From: a virus
Taxonomy: Duplodnaviria; Caudoviricetes
Direction: 5' to 3' (one strand)
Length of the DNA: 48,422 nt
IMG/VR virus record: IMGVR_UViG_3300032233_001776
Coordinates: 1 to 48,422 of that record
The first letter of the stretch is position 1. Every line of letters begins with the position of its first letter. This document shows, one piece after another, positions 43,552 through 48,422 of the stretch. Made by a program: the position numbers and the translations under genes. The notes under the pieces are model-generated. The model was not told where the DNA came from and did no database searches. It was given only the letters and a program-made list of their open reading frames with translations.

Positions 43552-44933
43552 TGGCACTTAATCCCTACTTTCTTCAAGGATCACCAGCCGAACAAAGACT
43601 TGTTCAAGATTTAATCAATGAACATTTGAAAATTTTTGGTGTGGAGGTAATTTACATACCAAGAAAGTTTGTAAATGAACACCTTATCATTAAAGAAGTT
43701 ACTTCTTCCAAATTTGATGATAATTTTGCTATAGAGGCATATGTTAATACTTATGAAGGGTATGCTGGATCTGGAGATATTTTAACAAAATTTGGAATGA
43801 GTCTTCGTGATGATTTGAATATTGTTATTTCAAAAGATAGGTTTGAAGATTTTATTGCTCCATTTTTAGCTTCAATGGATAGTGAGGAAATAGTATTAGC
43901 TTCAAGACCAAGAGAAGGTGATTTAATTTATTTCCCACTCGGACAAAGATTATTTGAAGTTAAATTTGTTGAACATGAGAAACCATTTTATCAACTTGGA
44001 AAATTATATGTCTATGAACTAAACTGCGAACTCTTTGAATATGAAGATGAAGTTATTGATACTTCAATTGATGAAGTTGATAGAACTATTGAAGATCAAG
44101 GTTATATTACATCTTTACAATTAATTTCTTCTGGTGTTTTAGCTACTGCAACAGCAGGACTAACAACTGGGTTTGTTCAAAGTATATCATTAACTAATGA
44201 TGGATATAATTATCTAACTCCACCAACAGTTTCAATTGCAACAGCACCTTCTGGTGGAGTAAATGCAACTGCTATTGCATTTACTAGAAACCTATCAGGA
44301 TCAAAATCAGTTAGCAATATAATACTAACAAATCCAGGATATGGATATACTGTTGCACCATTAGTATCAATTGCAAGTAGCACTGGAATTGGTGCTACTG
44401 CTATTGCAAATATTCAAAAGTCCCTTTATGGAATTGGAGCTATTTCAATTGGAAATAGTGGAAGTGGTTATGTAGTTGCACCAACTGTTACGTTCAGTTC
44501 TCCAACAGTTGGTGGAGGAGTAACCGCCACTGGAATTGCTACCGTAACTGATGGATTTGTTACTGGAATTTCAATTATTAATGCTGGATCTGGTTACACA
44601 GGGGCTCCAACTATTACAATAGGTTCTCCACCTGTGCTTTCTGGAATTGGAACTTATATCTTCAATGAAGTAATTGTTGGATCCATTTCAAGTACAACTG
44701 CTAGAGTTAAATCTTGGGATAAGGCAACAAATATTTTAGAAATTTCAATTAATGATGGTGAGTTTTATCCAGGAGAACTTGTTGTTGGTACTGCATCTTC
44801 AGCTACTTATGCGGTACAACATTTTGAAAGTTACGATACGCACGATAATAAATACCAAGAAAATAAAAATATTAAAGATCAGGCAGATATATTACTTGAT
44901 TTTTCAGAATCTAATCCATTTGGTACTTATTAA
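43551..44933 (+). CDS. gp14: neck protein gp14 with inserted Gly/Thr-rich domains
   Basis: EQRLVQDLINE...YIPR...RPREGDLIYFP...FYQLGK; C-terminal DFSESNPFG. Confidence 0.92.
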   Translation: MALNPYFLQGSPAEQRLVQDLINEHLKIFGVEVIYIPRKFVNEHLIIKEVTSSKFDDNFAIEAYVNTYEGYAGSGDILTKFGMSLRDDLNIVISKDRFEDFIAPFLASMDSEEIVLASRPREGDLIYFPLGQRLFEVKFVEHEKPFYQLGKLYVYELNCELFEYEDEVIDTSIDEVDRTIEDQGYITSLQLISSGVLATATAGLTTGFVQSISLTNDGYNYLTPPTVSIATAPSGGVNATAIAFTRNLSGSKSVSNIILTNPGYGYTVAPLVSIASSTGIGATAIANIQKSLYGIGAISIGNSGSGYVVAPTVTFSSPTVGGGVTATGIATVTDGFVTGISIINAGSGYTGAPTITIGSPPVLSGIGTYIFNEVIVGSISSTTARVKSWDKATNILEISINDGEFYPGELVVGTASSATYAVQHFESYDTHDNKYQENKNIKDQADILLDFSESNPFGTY

Positions 44934-45730
44934 TGTTAGGAACTTACTTTTATCATAAAATTTTTAAAAAAACTATAATTGCATTTGGGGCACTTTTTAA
45001 AGATACCTATATCATGCATGATGATAAAAGTGGTAATATTATTAGCCAAATGGAAGTTCCATTGGCATATGGACCACCTCAAAAATTTCTAGCTCGTATT
45101 GATCAGCAACCAAATCTGAATGCACCAGTTCAGATTAATTTGCCAAGAATGTCCTTTGAAATGAATTCAATTGAGTATGATGGAAGCAGAAAGGCAACTG
45201 TTACGCAGTCATTTAAAGCTCTTGGTGGGGGAAATTTAAAGCAAATTTATATGCCTGTCCCATACAATATTGGATTTGAGTTAAATATTCTTACAAAATT
45301 GGAAGATGATGCTTTACAAATTTTGGAGCAAATTCTGCCATTTTTTCAACCCACATTTACAGTTACCTTAGATTTAATTTCAGAAATTGGCGAAAAAAGA
45401 GATATTCCATTTACTTTAAATAGTGTTTCTTTTCAAGATGATTATGAGGGAGATTTCTCAACCAGAAGAGCATTAATTTATACTTTACAATTTACTGCAA
45501 AAACATATCTCTTCGGTCCAATATCTTCTACAACTGATGGACTTATTCGTAAGGTTCAGGTTGATTTTTATTCAGATACTGATACAACTGTAAATAAAAG
45601 GGAAATGAGGTATACAGTTACCCCAGATCCAATCACCGCAAATCCGGGTGATGATTATAGCTATACAGAAACATTAGATATTTTTTCAGACTCTAAAACT
45701 TATAGTCCAACAACACAATCTGACATTTAG
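44933..45730 (+). CDS. gp15: tail sheath stabilizer / tail terminator gp15
   Basis: YFYHKIFKKTIIAFGALF...VPLAYGP...LPRMSFE...PVPYNIGFEL...QILEQILPFFQP. Confidence 0.93.
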   Translation: MLGTYFYHKIFKKTIIAFGALFKDTYIMHDDKSGNIISQMEVPLAYGPPQKFLARIDQQPNLNAPVQINLPRMSFEMNSIEYDGSRKATVTQSFKALGGGNLKQIYMPVPYNIGFELNILTKLEDDALQILEQILPFFQPTFTVTLDLISEIGEKRDIPFTLNSVSFQDDYEGDFSTRRALIYTLQFTAKTYLFGPISSTTDGLIRKVQVDFYSDTDTTVNKREMRYTVTPDPITANPGDDYSYTETLDIFSDSKTYSPTTQSDI

Positions 45731-45739
45731 TAATTTAAC

Positions 45740-46162
45740 ATGACAAATAAATTTGAAGAACTTGATAAGGCATTGAATACAGAAAGTAGTATTGTAGACG
45801 TTGATGCAAAACAATCGGAAGTTAAAATAATTAAATCTACTGAAAATGATATTCATAAAGATTATGAATATACAAGAGCCAATCTTTATTCATTGATTGA
45901 AAAAGGGCAGGAAGCCATCAATGGAATTATGGAGTTGGCTAGTGATAGTGATAGTCCTAGAGCGTATGAGGTTGCTGGACAATTAATTAAAAGTGTAGGT
46001 GACGTAACGGATAAGCTGATTGATTTGCAAAAGAAACTTAAGGATGTTGAAGAAACTGCATCAAAAACCACAAATAATGTTACAAATAATGCTGTATTTG
46101 TTGGATCAACCACTGAGTTGCAAAAACTTCTTAAACAAGGATTTCTAAATAATAAAGAGTAA
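45740..46162 (+). CDS. gp16: terminase small subunit gp16
   Basis: DYEYTRANLY...SDSPRAYEVAGQLIK...NNAVFVGSTTELQKLL. Confidence 0.92.
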   Translation: MTNKFEELDKALNTESSIVDVDAKQSEVKIIKSTENDIHKDYEYTRANLYSLIEKGQEAINGIMELASDSDSPRAYEVAGQLIKSVGDVTDKLIDLQKKLKDVEETASKTTNNVTNNAVFVGSTTELQKLLKQGFLNNKE

Positions 46163-46174
46163 TCTCATAGCATC

Positions 46175-47536
46175 TTGGATAAACTAAAGCCACATAAATC
46201 AGTTGAGCAAATTGCAAAGAAGCATCGCCTTGAAGTTTCCTTTGTAAGGAATCAACTTGAGATGGGTATTCCTATTGAACATGAGCATACGGGAGATAAA
46301 ATTTTAGCAACTGATATTGCCCTCCAACATTTAGATGAAATTCCAGATTATTATACTCGTTTGAAAAAAATGGAAGCATCTGCTAAAAAAGAGCATAAAA
46401 AATTTAAAGATGTTAAAGAAGGGGCAGTTCAAGATTTAGAAGCTGGTTTAAAAAAATTAGATAATACTTCTTATAATTCTATCGATAAACTTATGAGACG
46501 TATTATGAAAAACAAAGGTGTGAGTGCAAAAAAACTCCACAATGATTTTGTAAATAAATACCATAAAACTCCAGATACTTGGATCAAAGACATGAAAGAA
46601 GCAAAGGAAGAATCTAGATATTGTAAGCTTTGTGGAAAAATGGAAACACGTAACCAGTGCTCATGGGGTGGAAATTTTTGGGATAGATACTCAATTAAAA
46701 AATATGATCCAAATATGCCACACCCAGGAAATTTTCCTGAAAGTTTTGAAATAAATCCAAAGGCACATAGGGCAGCTAGTAAGCAAGCAAAAATTAGAAA
46801 CCTTGCAGCTAAAACTGATAATCCAGGAGAAAGGCAAGCAGCAGAAACAAAATTAAAAAATAAAACTGATTTACCAAAATTTAAAAAAGAAGAGACTTCT
46901 TTATTTTCTCGTATTATCTCAAAAACAAAAGTTGATGAATTAGTGGAGGGAGATCCCTGTTGGGATGGATATACTCAAGTTGGAATGAAAAAGAAAAATG
47001 GAAAAAAAGTTCCAAATTGCGTTCCTTCAAAAGGAGTTCCTAAAGCAAAGGGATATCAAAAAAAATATCAAAAGGAAGATATAACAATTGAAGATGCTAA
47101 CGGAAATACTTTTGTTGAAATTGTTGATTTAATTAAATCGGAACCATTGGTAAAAGAAGCAAAGAAAATGAAAGGTGAAGATCCTTGCTGGAAAGGATAT
47201 GAGATGATTGGTAAAAAAAATAAGGGTGGTAAGGAAGTTCCAAATTGTGTACCAAAAGAACAAAAATCTTTTGAATCATTTATGGCTGAGGCATCTGCTG
47301 CTTGGCAAAGAAAAGAAGGAAAAAATTCTAAAGGTGGTTTAAATGAAAAAGGACGTAAATCTTATGAAAGAGAGCATCCTGGTAGCGATTTGAAGGCACC
47401 CCAACCAAAAGGTGGTTCACGTAGAGATTCTTTTTGTGCCCGAATGAAGGGAATGAAAGCAAAATTAACAAGCGCAAAAACTGCACATGATCCAGATTCA
47501 AGAATCAACAAATCATTAAGAGCTTGGAATTGTTAA
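46175..47536 (+). CDS. modular Lys-rich protein, probable internal head protein
   Basis: Late-promoter-like TCTAAATA at 46144. Modules: QLEMGIPIEHEHT...HLDEIPDYYTRL; two DPCWxGY...VPNCVP; SFESFMAEASAAWQRKEGKN...SFCARM. TTG start is uncertain. Confidence 0.7.
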   Translation: MDKLKPHKSVEQIAKKHRLEVSFVRNQLEMGIPIEHEHTGDKILATDIALQHLDEIPDYYTRLKKMEASAKKEHKKFKDVKEGAVQDLEAGLKKLDNTSYNSIDKLMRRIMKNKGVSAKKLHNDFVNKYHKTPDTWIKDMKEAKEESRYCKLCGKMETRNQCSWGGNFWDRYSIKKYDPNMPHPGNFPESFEINPKAHRAASKQAKIRNLAAKTDNPGERQAAETKLKNKTDLPKFKKEETSLFSRIISKTKVDELVEGDPCWDGYTQVGMKKKNGKKVPNCVPSKGVPKAKGYQKKYQKEDITIEDANGNTFVEIVDLIKSEPLVKEAKKMKGEDPCWKGYEMIGKKNKGGKEVPNCVPKEQKSFESFMAEASAAWQRKEGKNSKGGLNEKGRKSYEREHPGSDLKAPQPKGGSRRDSFCARMKGMKAKLTSAKTAHDPDSRINKSLRAWNC

Positions 47537-47537
47537 T

Positions 47538-48422
47538 ATGTCTTCTGAATTATCTGATTTCTTTAAATTATTAGCAGAAGAAAAACAAAAGAAAAAAGAA
47601 GAGATTGATTCTCTAGTTGGAGATTTGGAATTAGATTCTCTTTTTGGTGAATTTGCTAATTTAAAAAAGGAAAATAAAAAGAAAAAAATAAAAGAAGAAA
47701 AAACCATTAAAGCATTTGAAAAATGGTTGAATTCTGATACTCCCATACAACAAAAAGAAATTATTGAAGATGTAATTGAAGATTCTTTAGAAGAAGTTCT
47801 TGAGGTATTAGAGGATCATAAGGAAGAACTTGAAGAACCCAAAGAAGAACTGATTGAAAAATCATTAGGACTTCTTGCCGAACCCAGCGATGTTAAGCAG
47901 CAACAAGATCCAATTACTCCACTGGATCAAAAGTTCGCAACACTTGATGATTTACAAAAACATTACAACACGTTCCTTTCTCGTATTCAACAACAGCTTT
48001 CCACATTAGGTGGAGGTGGAGAAACACAACTTAAATATCTTGATGATATTGTTGGTATTGCTACAAATCCATCAGTATATGATCAAAAATTTCTTCAATA
48101 TAATCATAGTATAAAAAAGTTTGAGTTTGTTGATCCAAATGATGTTGGTGGAACAACGATTGTAAATATTAGTGGAATTACCACTTATTATCAGGCATCA
48201 AATGTTGACGATTATATTGGTGTAAATACAAATGTTCCAGTAACAATAGTCCTTCCAACATCTCCAAATACTGGCAAAAAACTTATCGTAAAAGACGAGG
48301 GTAATAAGATTGCTACATACAATATAACAGTCCAGGCAGGTGCTGGAACAAGTGTAGAGAATGATAGTTCAGTTATTATGACTATCAATCATCAAAGTTT
48401 TACTTATTTTTACAATGGTTCT
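47538..48422 (+). CDS. probable virion structural protein, 3'-truncated by the window edge
   Basis: Open to the window end. Charged N-terminus, then QQLSTLGGGGETQLKYLDDIVGIAT and VTIVLPTSPNTGKKLIVKDE. Confidence 0.75.
   Translation, partial: MSSELSDFFKLLAEEKQKKKEEIDSLVGDLELDSLFGEFANLKKENKKKKIKEEKTIKAFEKWLNSDTPIQQKEIIEDVIEDSLEEVLEVLEDHKEELEEPKEELIEKSLGLLAEPSDVKQQQDPITPLDQKFATLDDLQKHYNTFLSRIQQQLSTLGGGGETQLKYLDDIVGIATNPSVYDQKFLQYNHSIKKFEFVDPNDVGGTTIVNISGITTYYQASNVDDYIGVNTNVPVTIVLPTSPNTGKKLIVKDEGNKIATYNITVQAGAGTSVENDSSVIMTINHQSFTYFYNGS

Noticed and set aside
20-47746. Minus-strand ORFs in the track (e.g. 1874..2263, 6112..6651, 10797..11198, 36625..36957)
   Set aside because: They are antisense shadows of well-supported plus-strand genes, with no recognisable motifs or expression signals.
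1-48422. tRNA or rRNA genes
   Set aside because: No cloverleaf with T-loop and acceptor stem was recognised in the few intergenic gaps. A tRNAscan-SE run would be needed to exclude them formally.

Overview
This is a 48 kb segment of a T4-like cyanomyophage genome (Kyanoviridae-type). The call rests on CP12, SpeD, T4-type late promoters (NATAAATA) and the gene order gp25-gp6-gp7-gp8-VrlC-like-gp13-gp14-gp15-gp16. All credible genes are on the + strand. 1-10.1 kb: dense small accessory ORFs, including a dTDP-glucose 4,6-dehydratase, CP12, and a candidate PD-(D/E)xK endonuclease coupled to an N4/N6 DNA methyltransferase. 10.1-10.9 kb: an origin-like locus with an AT-rich tract, two oppositely oriented arrays of cyanobacterial-type DnaA boxes (TTTTCCACA) at 11-bp pitch, and clustered TCTCGACGAGA palindromes. 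10.8-16.2 kb: an increasingly GC-rich array of mostly one-gene cassettes. Each has a sigma70-type promoter with either a 24-bp palindrome (TGTGACAGTT-N4-AACTGGCACA) about 30 bp upstream of the -10 box or a G6/C6 hairpin. 16.6-18.9 kb: an AbrB-like gene, a glycosyltransferase-like gene and speD. 18.9-48.4 kb: the AT-rich baseplate, neck, tail-completion and terminase small subunit module. All product calls come from motif recognition by eye, not from database searches.
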